Shown here: piece after piece, positions 46,701 to 63,888 of the stretch | Position numbering within the stretch: the stretch's first letter is position 1 | How the letters are laid out: the number at the start of each line of letters is the position of its first letter | DNA from: Dictyostelium discoideum | Taxonomy: Eukaryota | Assembly: GCA_000004695.1 (NCBI GenBank) | Contig: CM000152.2 | Location: forward strand, 1,088,001 to 1,152,000 | DNA: 64,000 nucleotides | Direction: 5' to 3' | The notes under the pieces: model-generated | The model's input: only the letters and a program-made list of their open reading frames with translations | What the model was told of the DNA's origin: nothing | Databases searched by the model: none | Position numbers and translations under genes: made by a program

Positions 46701-48623
46701 GAAAGAATCATGAAGAATGGTGGTGCACATAGACAATTATCAATTCAACGTCGTATGGTACCAAATATTTCACAATTCATTCATCCAATCTATCCAAATC
46801 TTAGAAATCATCCAGAGGTTTTAATAAGATTCGCAACTGAATCAACCATTAAAGGTATTCAAAAGAATATCTTTTTCTTGGAACATACAATACCAGAATC
46901 ATCACCAACTGAATCAACTAGTAAATCAAATCTTTTCGAAGCTGATTATGTGGTTGGTTTAGCTGATTATCTATTGAAACAAGAATATAAACCAACTGAT
47001 ATTGTCATATTGACACCATACACTGGTCAACTATTAAAGATTAAAAATCAAATTAGAAATAGAAAACATGAACTACTCTCAAAAGTACAAGTACGTACAG
47101 TGGATCAATATCAAGGTGAAGAATGTAATATAGTCATATTAAGTTTAGTTCGTTCAAATGAACGTGGTGATAGTGGTTTCGTTAAAATTAAGAATCGTAT
47201 CAATGTTGCCATTTCTCGTGCTAGAAATGCAATGTATTTGGTTGGTAATAGTGATCTATTGAGAAAAGCAAATCCAATTTGGGAAAATATGTTTAAAATT
47301 CTATCTGAACCATCCGTTAATGCCATTGGTCCAATCTTAAAGCTTAGATGTGAAAATCATAAAGATCAAATCACAAATATCACCTCTGGAAAAGATTTTG
47401 CAAATGTACCACAAGGTGGTTGTCTTTTAAATTGTTCAACTCGTTTGGAATGTGGTCATCAATGTGGTTTAGCTTGTCATATCTTTGATCAAGATCATAT
47501 CAACATTAAATGTACAAAACCATGTGAACACATTCATCAAAAGTGTGGTCATACATGTAAGAAAACCTGTTCCGATGATTGTGGTCTATGTGAAGTATTG
47601 GTTGATCGTGATCTCCCATGTGGTCATAAAAAGAAATTGGCTTGTAACATTGATCCACTTCAATATAAATGTCAAGAACCATGTCAAAAACAAAGAAGAT
47701 GTGGTCATAAATGTGAACTCAAATGTTCAGAATATTGTGAAAAGAATAATTGTAAAGAGAAAGTTGAAAAAAAACTTCAATGTGGTCATATCGAAACAAA
47801 AGAATGTTATAACAATAGTAACGTTTGTAATGCCAAATGCAAAGATATCTTACCATGTGGTGATCCTTGCTCTCAAAAATGCAAAGATCATAAAACAGCT
47901 CAATTTGGAATTCGTAGTCATCCACCTTGCTCAAAGAAAGAATGTACAAGAGAATTGTTCTGTGGTCATAGATGTAATAGTCAACATGCATGTAGTTCAG
48001 GTTCTTGTGGTGATTGTAAAAAGAAATGTCTAAATGCTTGCACTCATTCAGTTTGTAATACAGGTTGTTCAAAACTTTGTAACCCATGTAGAGAGAAATG
48101 TAAACGTGGTTGTATTCATGTTGGTAAATGTAAAAACCTTTGTAAAGAACAATGTTCCATCAAGAATTGTGATCAAAGATGTACAAAAAAATTACCATGC
48201 AAACATCAATGTATTGGTTTATGTGGTGAAAAATGTGTTTCAATTTGTAGAATATGTAATCCAGATTATTTAGAACCAATCACTCGTATGAAGTTAAGTG
48301 AATTCGATGAAAATGATTGTTTCATTGAACTTCATAAAGGCCATGTCTTCCTCGTTGACAACTTGGATACCTTTATGAATATTAAAGATGAAAGTGGTAA
48401 GATAGTTCATAAAAAGTGTCCATCATGTAATATGATCATCTCTGCTAAAGATGCTCCAAGATATAAAGATATCATTAACAAAACTTGGAATCAAATAGAT
48501 TCAATTAAAAGAAAATTAATGGAACGTGTAACAAAAGAAGAAACTGATATGGTTGTAAAAGCAATGGGTGGTGCTGCTGGGTATGTTTTTTTCTACTTTA
48601 TTAATTATAATAATAATAATAAT

Positions 48624-48698
<75 letters not shown>

Positions 48699-48948
48699 TA
48701 ATAATAAATAATATATATACTAATTTAAATTTTTAATTATTATTAGACATTGGTTCGTTTGTGAAAATAAACATACATATTATATTGGTGAATGTGGAGG
48801 AGCAATGCAAATAGGAAACTGTATTGAGTGTAAAGCTAAAGTTGGAGGCACCAATCATTCACTATTACCAAATAATAAACATTCTGACATTGATGGTTCA
48901 AATAATCCTTTGTATAGACCATTCATTCAACCACCAGAATTTGATTAG
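43152..48948 (+). CDS. SAM-domain NFX1-type zinc-finger helicase (ZNFX1-like: SF1 UPF1-like helicase, NF-X1 Cys-rich fingers, C-terminal RZ finger), 3 exons (43152..44919, 45007..48580, 48747..48948), about 1847 aa.
   Basis: Exon 1 has a poly-N/T-rich N-terminus and a SAM-like domain (EEWKNDKVIEWLEKNEFNQYVEKFKEEQIDGNTLIEFSSMNQSDKIFERLGFIHIGPKINFQRKLKEL). After AAA G|gtaaaat..ataatag|GA (phase 1), exon 2 carries the SF1 motifs: Walker A LVQGPPGTGKSYIG, VLCYTNHALDQ, motif II VIIEEAAEVLE, motif III LIGDHEQLKP, motif V VRTVDQYQGEECNIVILSLVR, and motif VI VAISRARNAMYLVG. At least 9 NF-X1-type Cys clusters follow (CGHQCGLACH..C..PCEHIHQKCGHTCKKTC..). After GG|gtatgttttt..tattag|A (phase 2), exon 3 reads GHWFVCENKHTYYIGECGGAMQIGNCIECKAKVGGTNHSLLPNNKH.., matching the RZ-type finger (WYQCPNGHPYxIGECGxPM....C..CG..IGG.NH.L) shared by ZNFX1 and RNF213. 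Confidence 0.8.
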
Positions 48949-48957
48949 ACTAATTCA

Positions 48958-48993
<36 letters not shown>

Positions 48994-49105
48994 TTATCTC
49001 TTTATTCCTTTTTTTCTCATATTAAATAATAGTTAAAATAATAAACAAAATATAAATAAAAATAAAATAAAATATCTTTTAAAAAAAAAAAAAAAAAAAG
49101 TTAAA

Positions 49106-49804
<699 letters not shown>

Positions 49805-50347
49805 TTATTTATTAATTTATTTATTTAATTTTTTTATTTATTTATTTATTTAATTTATTTAATTTATTTATTTATTAATTTATTTATTAATTTATTTATT
49901 TATTAATTTATTTATTAATTTATTATTTTTTTAATTTAATTTTCAATTAATTTGTTTGTTCATTAATATATTTTTTATTTTTTTAATTTATTAATTTGTT
50001 TGTTTGCTAGTTTGTTTTTTTTGTTTGTGTATTAATTGAATTTTTATTTATTTAGTCATTTATTTATTTATTAATATGTTTAATTGTTTAATTTTTTTTT
50101 TTTTTTTTTTTTTTTTCAACTTTATTATATATTAAAATTATTTAATTTATTTTATTTATTAATATGTTTAATTGTTTAAAAAAAAAACAATATATTTTTT
50201 TAATTTTGAAGTTAATTTGAATCGGAACACAGTCCTTTTTAAGAATTTTCATTGTTAAACAATTCAATTTCCTTTTTAGATTCAATCAAAAATAATAATA
50301 ATAAAATAAAACTATTGGTGAAATTTAAAAAGAAAATAGGAAATTCT

Positions 50348-50995
50348 TTATTTCTTTTTGTCATCATCATCTTCTTTACTGGTACATATGGATTGTGTTG
50401 TTGAAAGAGCAGCAAACATTACAGCACCACCTAAAAGACCAGTTATGATTGGATTTTCTTTAAAATAATTGATTGTTTTACTTAAAAATCCCTCTTCTTC
50501 TTCTTGATTATTTAATCTTACTGAACGAGAACAACTAACATTATCATCTTCTTCAGAGTTTGAATTAATACTTTTTATTTCCATTCTTCTAACTATTATT
50601 TCATTATTTTGACCATTTGCCTCCAAATTATTATTATTGTAGTTGTTGTTGTTGTTGTAGGCGTTATTGTTATTGTTGTTGGTATTATTGTTGGTATTGC
50701 TGTTGGTATTGTTGTTGTTGCTTTGTCTTAAATCTTGAATTTCTAAAAGTAATTGAGTTACTGTTTGATCATGTGAAACCAAGCCTTTTTTAGAGAAGGA
50801 TGAATAATCTTTTCTACAGTAAGCACAAGTTCTTGATCCTTTTTGAAACCACTCCTCTATACAACTTTTATGAAATTGATGTGAACATAAAGGTAATCTA
50901 TGAGGTAATTTCTCTTTGTCATTTAAATCTGTAACATCAAATGGTGATAAACAGATACAACATGTTAAATCTTGATTTAATTTTTTATTATCCAT
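50348..50995 (-). CDS. RING-H2 finger transmembrane protein, tandem paralogue of 49106..49804, 215 aa.
   Basis: CCICLSPFDVTDLNDKEKLPHRLPLCSHQFHKSCIEEWFQKGSRTCAYCRKDYSSF has the same spacing and shares the LP..L.C.H.FHK.CI..WF..G...CA.CRKDYS.F consensus with its neighbour. It has an N-rich linker and the C-terminal segment PIITGLLGGAVMFAALSTT. Confidence 0.65.
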   Translation of the reverse strand: MDNKKLNQDLTCCICLSPFDVTDLNDKEKLPHRLPLCSHQFHKSCIEEWFQKGSRTCAYCRKDYSSFSKKGLVSHDQTVTQLLLEIQDLRQSNNNNTNSNTNNNTNNNNNNAYNNNNNYNNNNLEANGQNNEIIVRRMEIKSINSNSEEDDNVSCSRSVRLNNQEEEEGFLSKTINYFKENPIITGLLGGAVMFAALSTTQSICTSKEDDDDKKK

Positions 50996-51043
<48 letters not shown>

Positions 51044-51275
51044 TTATTTCTTTATTTCTTTATATTTCTTTTTTTCTTTATTTCTTTCTTTCTTTGAATA
51101 TTGTGGCTACTAAAATATTTTTAAAAAAAAAAAAAAAAAAAAATTTTCTCAAAAAAATAAGAAAAAAAAAAAATAAAAAAATAAAAAAATAAAACTTTCA
51201 ATTTTTTTTTTTATTTTTTATTTTTTTTTATTTTTTATTTTTTATTTTTTTATTTGGGTGTTCAATTTTTTAAAC

Positions 51276-53186
51276 ATGAAAAGTATAGTGTTAGTTTTTA
51301 ACATATTAAAACATTTAGAAATTGATGATATTTATTGTTGTGAAATTGTTTGCAAAGATTGGAGAAAAGTGGCAAACCAAAATAAACTATGGGAGATATT
51401 ATTTTTGAAAAAATTATTCAACATTACCAATTTCTTAAATGAAGAAATTGATATCTATAACAAACATGGAAGATTAAAAGAATTGATTGAGAAATTTAAT
51501 ATTAAATATCTTTATAAACAATGTTTTCCAAATCATTTTAATAGGTTTAAAAATTTAAACATTTTAAAAAATAATAAAATTATAAACTATGATCATGCTA
51601 ATGGTCACTGTAGTAGTAGTAGTAGTGGTAATGGTGGTCATAATAATATTATTAATACTTTATCAGATTTTAAAATAAATAAATCAAATATACATAATAA
51701 TACAAACAATAATAATAAACAAAAAGAGAATGAAGTTGATAATGACATTTCTGATATTATATGTAATGAATATATTTACTTTTATAATATTTCGAAATCA
51801 GTTATAGATTCATATCAATTTAACTACTCTTATGAATTTAATAATAATGATTATAAAAATTGTAGATTATTTATTATTAAAAAAGATACATATCAAATAT
51901 CACCTCCTGGTAAAAATTCAATTAATACTAAAGTTGATTTAATTTTTTTATTATTTATACCAAATGAAATCAAAGAATATTCGAAAATTATTAAAGTTAA
52001 TTATAATTATAATTATTGTATTGAAAACCCTGATCAAAGTAATTATCAAAGGGTATATCCTTTTAATTTTAATCTTCAAACTATAGAATTAAATAATTAT
52101 AATGATGATGATGATGATGATGATGACCATCATCAAAATGGAATTACTATAAAGGATATCGAATTTAATGAAAATTCTAAAAATTATCAATATAAATCAA
52201 TGCAAGAAATTGGATTTAAAGGATTAAATACAAGTGAAATTTCAGAAGAGTTAATGATTAAAATTGAATCATTTGCAAATAAATTTTCATTTTATTCAAA
52301 TAATGAATCTGAAAAGTTAAATACTTTATATTATTATTTAACACCAATATTATTAAATATTGAAACAAAAAAACCATTTTATAAACAACAACAACACCAC
52401 CAACAAAAACAACAACAACAACAACAACTAGAAATATTAAAACTAAAAAATCAAAAAATATCACTTTTAAATGTAAAATGGAAATTAACATTTTTTTTAA
52501 ATATTCTAAAGAATAAACCAGTTGAATTTTTATTTTATGCAATTAATGATGACTATCCAATACATTATCATCAATATGATAATCCTAATGAAGAATGGTA
52601 TGAAAATGATAAACCACAATTATTAGAATTAATTAAAATATCAACTATTAAGCAATACTATCATAGATTTAGTTTTAAAGGGAGTGGTAAAAAAATAATA
52701 GAATTTAAATTCTCAATTTCAATACCAACCACTAATAATACAACATTAACTTTATATATTGAATATTTGAGTGATTTATTTTTATTTTCAATAAAGTATA
52801 AAGAATCTCAAAACAACAACAACGATGATGATAATAATTATGGTATTGATGATGATAATGACGATGATAATGATGAAGATAAAGGAATAAAAATATTATA
52901 TAAAAATAAATTTGGAAGACAAGAATACGATTTAAATCTTTTAAAAGAAAATAAAGATAATTTTTCAAATTTATCAAGTCTTATGAAATTGGTTTCATTT
53001 TTATTCGAGGGTAAATTCCCAAATTTTAAATTTAAACTAGTCTCACTACTAATAATAATAAATCTTGATCAATTTATGTCTTTTGATTTCGATAGTTCTA
53101 AAATTTTAGTTAAACCAATAAGCTCAAATGAAGATAAAGAATCAATGTACGCCTTTGATTTAGATTTTGGTGTTAATTATGAATAA
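51276..53186 (+). CDS. F-box domain protein, about 636 aa from ATG 51276.
   Basis: The N-terminal MKSIVLVFNILKHLEIDDIYCCEIVCKDWRKVANQNKLWEILFLKK is an F-box (L..IL..L...DL.....VCK.W......LW). The remainder is N/D-rich with no further recognisable domain. The track start at 51258 is a GTG. Confidence 0.55.
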   Translation: MKSIVLVFNILKHLEIDDIYCCEIVCKDWRKVANQNKLWEILFLKKLFNITNFLNEEIDIYNKHGRLKELIEKFNIKYLYKQCFPNHFNRFKNLNILKNNKIINYDHANGHCSSSSSGNGGHNNIINTLSDFKINKSNIHNNTNNNNKQKENEVDNDISDIICNEYIYFYNISKSVIDSYQFNYSYEFNNNDYKNCRLFIIKKDTYQISPPGKNSINTKVDLIFLLFIPNEIKEYSKIIKVNYNYNYCIENPDQSNYQRVYPFNFNLQTIELNNYNDDDDDDDDHHQNGITIKDIEFNENSKNYQYKSMQEIGFKGLNTSEISEELMIKIESFANKFSFYSNNESEKLNTLYYYLTPILLNIETKKPFYKQQQHHQQKQQQQQQLEILKLKNQKISLLNVKWKLTFFLNILKNKPVEFLFYAINDDYPIHYHQYDNPNEEWYENDKPQLLELIKISTIKQYYHRFSFKGSGKKIIEFKFSISIPTTNNTTLTLYIEYLSDLFLFSIKYKESQNNNNDDDNNYGIDDDNDDDNDEDKGIKILYKNKFGRQEYDLNLLKENKDNFSNLSSLMKLVSFLFEGKFPNFKFKLVSLLIIINLDQFMSFDFDSSKILVKPISSNEDKESMYAFDLDFGVNYE

Positions 53187-53748
53187 AATTAAATTTTTTT
53201 AAAATTTTATTATGGAATGAAGAATTATTAAAAAAAAGTATTCATCTATTTCAATTAATAAACCCAACAATATTAATTAGTAGCAAACCTAATTATATTT
53301 ATTCGGTTATAAAAAAAAAAAAAAAATATAAAAAAAAAAATAATAATAAAGATTTAATAAAAATAAAGAAAAAAAAGGAAAAATAATAATAATAATAATA
53401 ATAAAATAAATTATTATTATTAATTTTTATACTTGTGTTAATTTTTTTTATATTTAAAACTGATTTTATTTATTTTATTTTTTATTTAAATTTTTTTTTT
53501 TTTTTTTTTTTGATCAAGACCAATCTTTTACCTGGTTTTTATTTTTTCCTAAATTTGAATGACTAAATTAAAAAAATATAATAATCGAAATTTAATTCAT
53601 TTATTTAAAAATAAAAATAAAGAAAAATGAAGTTTTCATTTTTCATTTTTAAATTTTCATTTTTATTTATTTTTTTTTTTTTTTTTATTTTTTTTTTTTT
53701 TTTTTCATTTTTTTTTTTTTTTTTTTTAATAAAACAAATAAATTTTCA

Positions 53749-55269
53749 ATGAAGGAAGAACAAAGAGATTTATATTCATTAATTATAAATCAATTAGTAC
53801 ATGATGGATATTTGAATGAAGCGACTAAAATTAGTGAATCTACAATGATACCATGTCCAATTAAAGGAGAGGCGAGTAATAAATTATTTTCATTGTATCA
53901 ATCTACTATATCAGGCAGTGGTGGATTAGGTATGCATAGTGGAATTAATAGAGTAAACTCAAATATGGATATAGATGATGATTCAAGTACAATAGGATCA
54001 AGTGGTGGTAAAAATTCAATTGAAGATATTATAAATATGAAAGAATGTTTAGATTTTGATGATCCAATACAACAACAACAATTAATAACTGGTAGTAGCA
54101 GTACTTCAACCACTGCCACCACCACCACTACTAGCAGTAGTAGTAGTAGTAGTACAAGTGACGGTACAACAAATACAACAGGAATTATAACTGAAAAAGT
54201 ACAACAACAACAATTACAACCAAATTTTATAACGAAATTTATTACAACTCATAAAAATGCATGTAGATGTGCAAAATTTAGTTGGGATGGTAAATATGTA
54301 GCAACAGGGTCATCAGATACATCAATTAAATTATTAGATGTTAATAAGATGAGAAATTATAATCAAACAAAGAATGAAACCACTGAAGATTCAGCACCAT
54401 CAAGACCAGTGATAAGAACATTTTATGATCATACGATGCCAATTAATGATTTAGATTTTCATCCATCAGCACCCATTCTATCATCGGCATCAAAAGATGG
54501 TACTATTAGATTCTACGATTATAAATCATCATTAAAACGTTCATTTAAATATATACAAGATACTCATGGTATACGTTCAATCAATTTTCATCCATGTGGT
54601 GATTTAATATTGGCTGGCACTGATCACCAAATGATTAGACTTTACAATGTAAATACATTTCAATCATTCACAGCAAGAAAGATCAATGAACATCATCATG
54701 GTCCAATCAACCAAGTTAGGTTCTCACTGGATGGTAATATCTTTGCAAGTTGTTCAAAAGATAATACAATCAAAATTTGGGATTCAAATAATTTTAGTTT
54801 AATTTCAACTTTAAATTCACCCCATGGTGGTAAAGAACCAACTACCGTTCAAATTAGTAGGAATCAAAAATACCTCTTATCATGTGGTCGTGATTCAATG
54901 ATTAAACTATGGGAGATTACTTCAGGTCGTTTGATCTATAGTATCAATACAGGTGTAAATCAAAGTGGTGGTCAAAATAAAAATAGAATCTCTGCAACCT
55001 TTAATTATACTGAAGATTATATCATAACAAATGATGAACAACCCTCTGTCGCTGTGGTTTACAATTCAAGAACAAAAGAACAAGTTCAAAAATTAACTGG
55101 TCATAATAATACTGTTCGTTATATTGCTGCCTCACCAGTTGAAAATGCTTTAATGACATGTAGTTTAGATCATAGAGGTAGATTTTGGACTGATGATACT
55201 TTATCTTTATCTTCAAATCCAATTAATAATAATAATAATATTGTTAATAAATTAGATGTTGATATTTAA
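53749..55269 (+). CDS. Cleavage stimulation factor subunit 1 (CstF-50): N-terminal dimerisation domain plus WD40 propeller, 506 aa.
   Basis: The N-terminus reads RDLYSLIINQLVHDGYLNEATKISE (compare the CstF-50 consensus RQQLYKLIISQLLYDGY). The WD40 region is near-collinear with metazoan CstF-50: KRSFKYIQDTHGIRSINFHPCGDLILAGTDHQMIRLYNVNTFQSF and LTGHNNTVRYIAASPVENALMTCSLDHRGRFW. Confidence 0.85.
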   Translation: MKEEQRDLYSLIINQLVHDGYLNEATKISESTMIPCPIKGEASNKLFSLYQSTISGSGGLGMHSGINRVNSNMDIDDDSSTIGSSGGKNSIEDIINMKECLDFDDPIQQQQLITGSSSTSTTATTTTTSSSSSSSTSDGTTNTTGIITEKVQQQQLQPNFITKFITTHKNACRCAKFSWDGKYVATGSSDTSIKLLDVNKMRNYNQTKNETTEDSAPSRPVIRTFYDHTMPINDLDFHPSAPILSSASKDGTIRFYDYKSSLKRSFKYIQDTHGIRSINFHPCGDLILAGTDHQMIRLYNVNTFQSFTARKINEHHHGPINQVRFSLDGNIFASCSKDNTIKIWDSNNFSLISTLNSPHGGKEPTTVQISRNQKYLLSCGRDSMIKLWEITSGRLIYSINTGVNQSGGQNKNRISATFNYTEDYIITNDEQPSVAVVYNSRTKEQVQKLTGHNNTVRYIAASPVENALMTCSLDHRGRFWTDDTLSLSSNPINNNNNIVNKLDVDI

Positions 55270-55467
55270 ACACAAACAAACAAATAAATAAATAATCTTT
55301 ATTTTTTTTTTTTTTTTTTTTTTTTTTTGAAAAAAAGAAATAATAAATAATCTACTATAGAGAATATTCTCTATAGTTTATGGTTTTTTTTTTTTTTATT
55401 ATTAAAATTAGGGTATGTGAGTGAGGTGGAAAAAAAAAAAAAATAGGTTTTTTTTTTTTTTTTTTTT

Positions 55468-59597
<4,130 letters not shown>

Positions 59598-60469
59598 TCA
59601 ATTGTTTTTTATTATTACTTTTTATTTTATTATTATTTTTATTATTTTTAAAATTACACATATATGATTAATGCTACTATTACTATTATTACTATTACTA
59701 TTGAATGGATGAACTATTTATACGATTAAAAATACAAAAACTATTTTTTTTCTTTCTCCTTCTCTGTTGTCAAAACTTGGTTTTTTTTTTTTGTTTTGTT
59801 TTGTTTTTTTTTGTTTTTTTTTTTTTTTTGAGAAAAAAAAAAAAAACTATTTCCTAAAAGAAGGAGAAAACGAAAATTATAAAATGTGTAGCCTAACTGT
59901 TTTTTGACTTTTTTATTTTATTTTTTTTTTATTTTAATTTTTTTCTTTTTTTTTTTTTCTTTTTTTTTTTTTTTTTACTTCTTTTTAACCGAAAGGATTG
60001 GAAAATATATAAATATGTAAAAACATTGACTGTTTTTTTTTTTTTTTTTTTTTTATAAATAAATACTAATTTATTGATTTATAGGTGTATTATTATGTAG
60101 TTTATGTTACAAAAAAATAAATTAAAATATTTTATTTAGATTTTGGAAATTTGGAAAGTGTTGGTGATAAAAAAAAATAAATATATTAAAAAAATAAATA
60201 TATTAAAAAAATAAATATAAAAATAAAAAAAAACAAATAATGTTTTGATTTGTTTTGTTTGATTTGATAAAGTACAAAATTAAAAAAAAAGAGAGAGAGA
60301 AAAAAAAAAAAAAAAAATTTTAACTATTGCCTTTTTCTATTAATGCTGGTATTATTACAAATTTGAGAGGTGATGTGTTTTTTTTTTTTTTTTATCAATT
60401 TGATTTATTATTTAATTTTTAATTATTTTTAAATTATTTTCTATTTTTTTTTTTTTTTTTTTTTTCTGT

Positions 60470-60520
60470 GCTATATGGTGTGTGGTTGAGTGTGTGGATA
60501 TATATAGTGGTGTTTAGATC
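60470..60520. promoter_or_regulatory. GT-rich element in the 5' flanking region of the SNF2-like gene; candidate G-box/CAE-like site.
   Basis: gctatatggtgtgtggttgagtgtgtggatatatatagtggtgtt. The rationale is the same as for 20885..20920. Confidence 0.2.
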
Positions 60521-60757
60521 TCTTTGTATATAAATAATTATTTAAATAAATAAATAAAAAATTTCAAAAAAGGTGACAAAATTGAAGGGATGGGTGGGTG
60601 ATTTAAATATAACTATTTCAACCAACTTGATATTCGTTAATATATCACTACTAGTGTTACAATGTTTATTTGGGGGTTTTTTATTTTATTTTCTTTTTTT
60701 TTTCTTTTTTTTTTATATTATTATTCTATGTGTTAAGTATAATATTATTATTATTAC

Positions 60758-60861
<104 letters not shown>

Positions 60862-61600
60862 GGTGGTATGTACACAATATTTTTGAAATGGGCGTGAGGA
60901 ATTACTTTAATTTATTTTTATTATTATTATTATTATTGGAGGAGGCGAGATTTTTATTATTATTGTTATTATTATTATTATTTTAATATTTTATTATTAT
61001 TGTTATTATATATTGATATTTTTAGTTTTTCCAATATATTTTATATTTTGTTTTATTTTTATATTTTATTTTACTATATTTTAATTTTACTATACTTTAA
61101 TTTTAATTTAATTTATTTTCTATTATTTTTGGTGAATCTTTTTAAAACGATGATTGGTTTGTAAAAATTTTGTGAAAAAAATACAAAAAAAAAAAAAAAA
61201 ATTAATTTTAAAAAAAGTTTGAAAAAAAAAAAAAAAGAAAAAAAAAAAGATATATTGTTTTGATGGTGGAGTATTGGGTTGTTTATGTTTAAACTATAAT
61301 TATTTTTGATTTAGCGATTCTTAAATTATCTATATGACTATATTTATAAATAGATAACTGCAAATATTAATAAAATTATTATTATTTTTATTATTGTTTT
61401 TATTATTATTTTTTTATAAGAGTGTGGGGTGATAGTGGTTTAATTTTCTAAAATTTTTTTTTTTTTTTTTTTTTGTGGAAAAAAACGGTGCGAAAAGAGC
61501 AATTTTTATAATAATAATCAAAAAATAAAAAAAAAATAAAAAAAATAAAAAAAAAAAATAAAAAAAAAAAAAAATAAAAAAAAATTAGTTTTGTTTTTTT

Positions 61601-61693
61601 TGAGGCGAATGTCAAAACTAGTTTTGAAATATTCCTTTTGCCAAAAATTCTCTATGGCATCCTGGGGGCGAAATTTCTTGTGGTGATTAGAGT

Positions 61694-61734
<41 letters not shown>

Positions 61735-61739
61735 ATTTT
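61601..61739 (+). ncRNA. About 95-bp moderately GC-rich island immediately followed by a 44-nt T-run; weak candidate Pol-III-type small RNA gene.
   Basis: tgaggcgaatgtcaaaactagttttgaaatattccttttgccaaaaattctctatggcatcctgggggcgaaatttcttgtggtgattagagtca followed by T44. No boxes could be assigned by eye, and T-runs are frequent here. Confidence 0.15.
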
Positions 61740-61896
61740 ATTCATAACTTTTATACTTTTTTATTTTGATTTTTATTTTTTAATTTTTTACTATTTTTAT
61801 TTTCATTTTTTTTTTTGTTTTGATTTTATTTGTCTTTTTAATTTTATAAGGATTTTTTTTTTTTTTTTCAATTCATATTTATGATTCATCAATTTA

Positions 61897-62084
61897 TTAA
61901 ATTAATTTACCAAAAATAAAAGATAAAATTGCAATGGCAAATATAACAATTAAAGTTTGATAATGATTGAAACCACCTTTTGTTTGTTGAGATACATTGG
62001 TTGGTGTTATATTACCTTTTTTAATTTTGTCGAGTTCCTGAGTATTAAAATGAAATTTAAAATTAATTAAAAATCAGTGATATT

Positions 62085-62120
<36 letters not shown>

Positions 62121-63140
62121 ATATATATTTAAACATACATCATTTAAATTTTTAAGTTGATTACGTAGTTTTTCAGTTTCAGTATCTTGTATTGAGGAGG
62201 AGGGTGTTGTATTTTGTACATTTCTTTTTGTAATATCTGTTTTTGAAGATTTAGAATCGGTTCTATTTGAAGTTGCTGTCAATGAAGATGCACTATTACT
62301 ATTAGTATTACTATTGGAGGTGGTGGTGGTGGTTGTGGTATCTATATTACTATTGCTAATGTTACTGGTTTTATTGGTTTCATGATCATGTTTTTGTGTA
62401 TTGCTACTATTACTATTATTATTAATACTATTAACTTCTGAAAATAATGTACTGTTAGATTTATAATCATTTGTGCTGTTACTTGATGGATTTGATGGTG
62501 ATTGTTGTTCATTTGATGGTAAAGAAAATACTGCTTTTAATTTATTTTTTGTGATTAAATTTGGTGGTGAATTTGTCCACTAATAAATAATTAAAAATAA
62601 ATAATGAAAATAAAAATATTAGTAGCCTAAATCCTTAATTATATCTATCTATATGGTTATTTTTTTTGTTTGCCTTCTAATTTGTGTGTGTGTGTGTATG
62701 TGTGTTTTATATATTTGTTAAAAGATAGAGATTGGCAATGAATGAGGTGGAATAATTTTCTTACAATTGATTTTGGATCAATATTTGGATCAGTAACAAC
62801 AATTGAAAGAATTTGAAATTTATCTTTGGTTTTCATTGAAATTGATGGTGAATCTTTTGTACAATTTAATAAAACTAAATTTTGAAATTTGATTTATATG
62901 TTTAAAAATGATTATTAGTTCTTATTATTCCTCTTTATTTTGTTGTTGTTTTTTTTTTTTGTCACACCAAAAAAAAATATATATATACATACTTTGAACA
63001 TCAATTGATTTACCTGGTGGAATAATTCCAGTGTTTGGTCTGACGCAATATCTAATTGGTGCAGTTGTTTTAACTTTAAATGCAATTGTATGTTCATCAC
63101 TGCTATTATATAATTTTAATTCATTTGTAATTACACCCAT
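61897..63140 (-). CDS. VAMP-associated protein (VAP; MSP domain, coiled coil, C-terminal TM anchor), 4 exons (62993..63140, 62765..62874, 62139..62579, 61897..62037), about 279 aa.
   Basis: Exon 1 reads [49 protein letters not shown] (MSP signature [16 protein letters not shown]) and ends CAA A|gtatgt. After tttag|TT, exon 2 reads [37 protein letters not shown] and ends |gtaaga. After tag|TGG, exon 3 is WTNSPPNL.. plus an S/N/T-rich linker, then ..[15 protein letters not shown]|gtatgt. After ag|GAA, exon 4 reads [46 protein letters not shown], a tail anchor. Intron 2 (185 nt) contains a (GT)n microsatellite. Confidence 0.75.
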
Positions 63141-63857
63141 GAATGGTGCTATAGTGATAATAATAATAAAAAATAAAAAAATGGATTATTTTATTAATTA
63201 TTTATTTTTACAATTTACAAATTTTATTTTTGAAAAAATAAAAATAAAAATAGTGATTTGGTTAGTATTTTAATTTTTAATTTTATTTTATTTTATTTTA
63301 TTCTTTGGGGAGGATATGATAGATATAATTAAAATAAAACATACGATGATATACTAATTCTTTGGGTCTAATTTTAAGGAATGAGGATTTTGGATTTAGT
63401 GATGGACTGGATGAAACATTATTTGACATTTTTTATATTTATTTTATTTTTTTTTATTTTTATTTTTTAGTTTTTTTTTTATTTTTTTTTTTTTATTTTT
63501 ATTTTTCAATTTACTTATCAATAGTTATTGATATTTATTTAGTTTTATAATTTTTTTTTTTTATAAAAAATAAAAAATAAAAAATAAAAAAATAAAAAAA
63601 AAAAAATAAAAAAAAAAATTCAAAAAATAAAAAAAAAATTCAAAAAATAAAAAAAAATTCAAAAAATTCAAAAAAATAAAAAAAAAAATTAATTAAATGG
63701 AGTGTATTATTCTGAATATTCAAAAATTAAACTAAATTATATAATTTTTATATATTATTTTTTTTATATAATATTTTGATTAGTTACTTTCTAAAATTGT
63801 CAATAAAATTATTTAGTGATAAATAAAAGGAAATTAATTTTGTTTTCCCTTCCACAA

Positions 63858-63888
<31 letters not shown>

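Noticed and set aside
47485-48273. ORFs 47485..48033 (+), 47719..48087 (-) and 48034..48273 (+) within the ZNFX1-like exon 2
   Set aside because: They are off-frame readings of the Cys-codon-rich NF-X1 finger region, and the main frame has clear family motifs.
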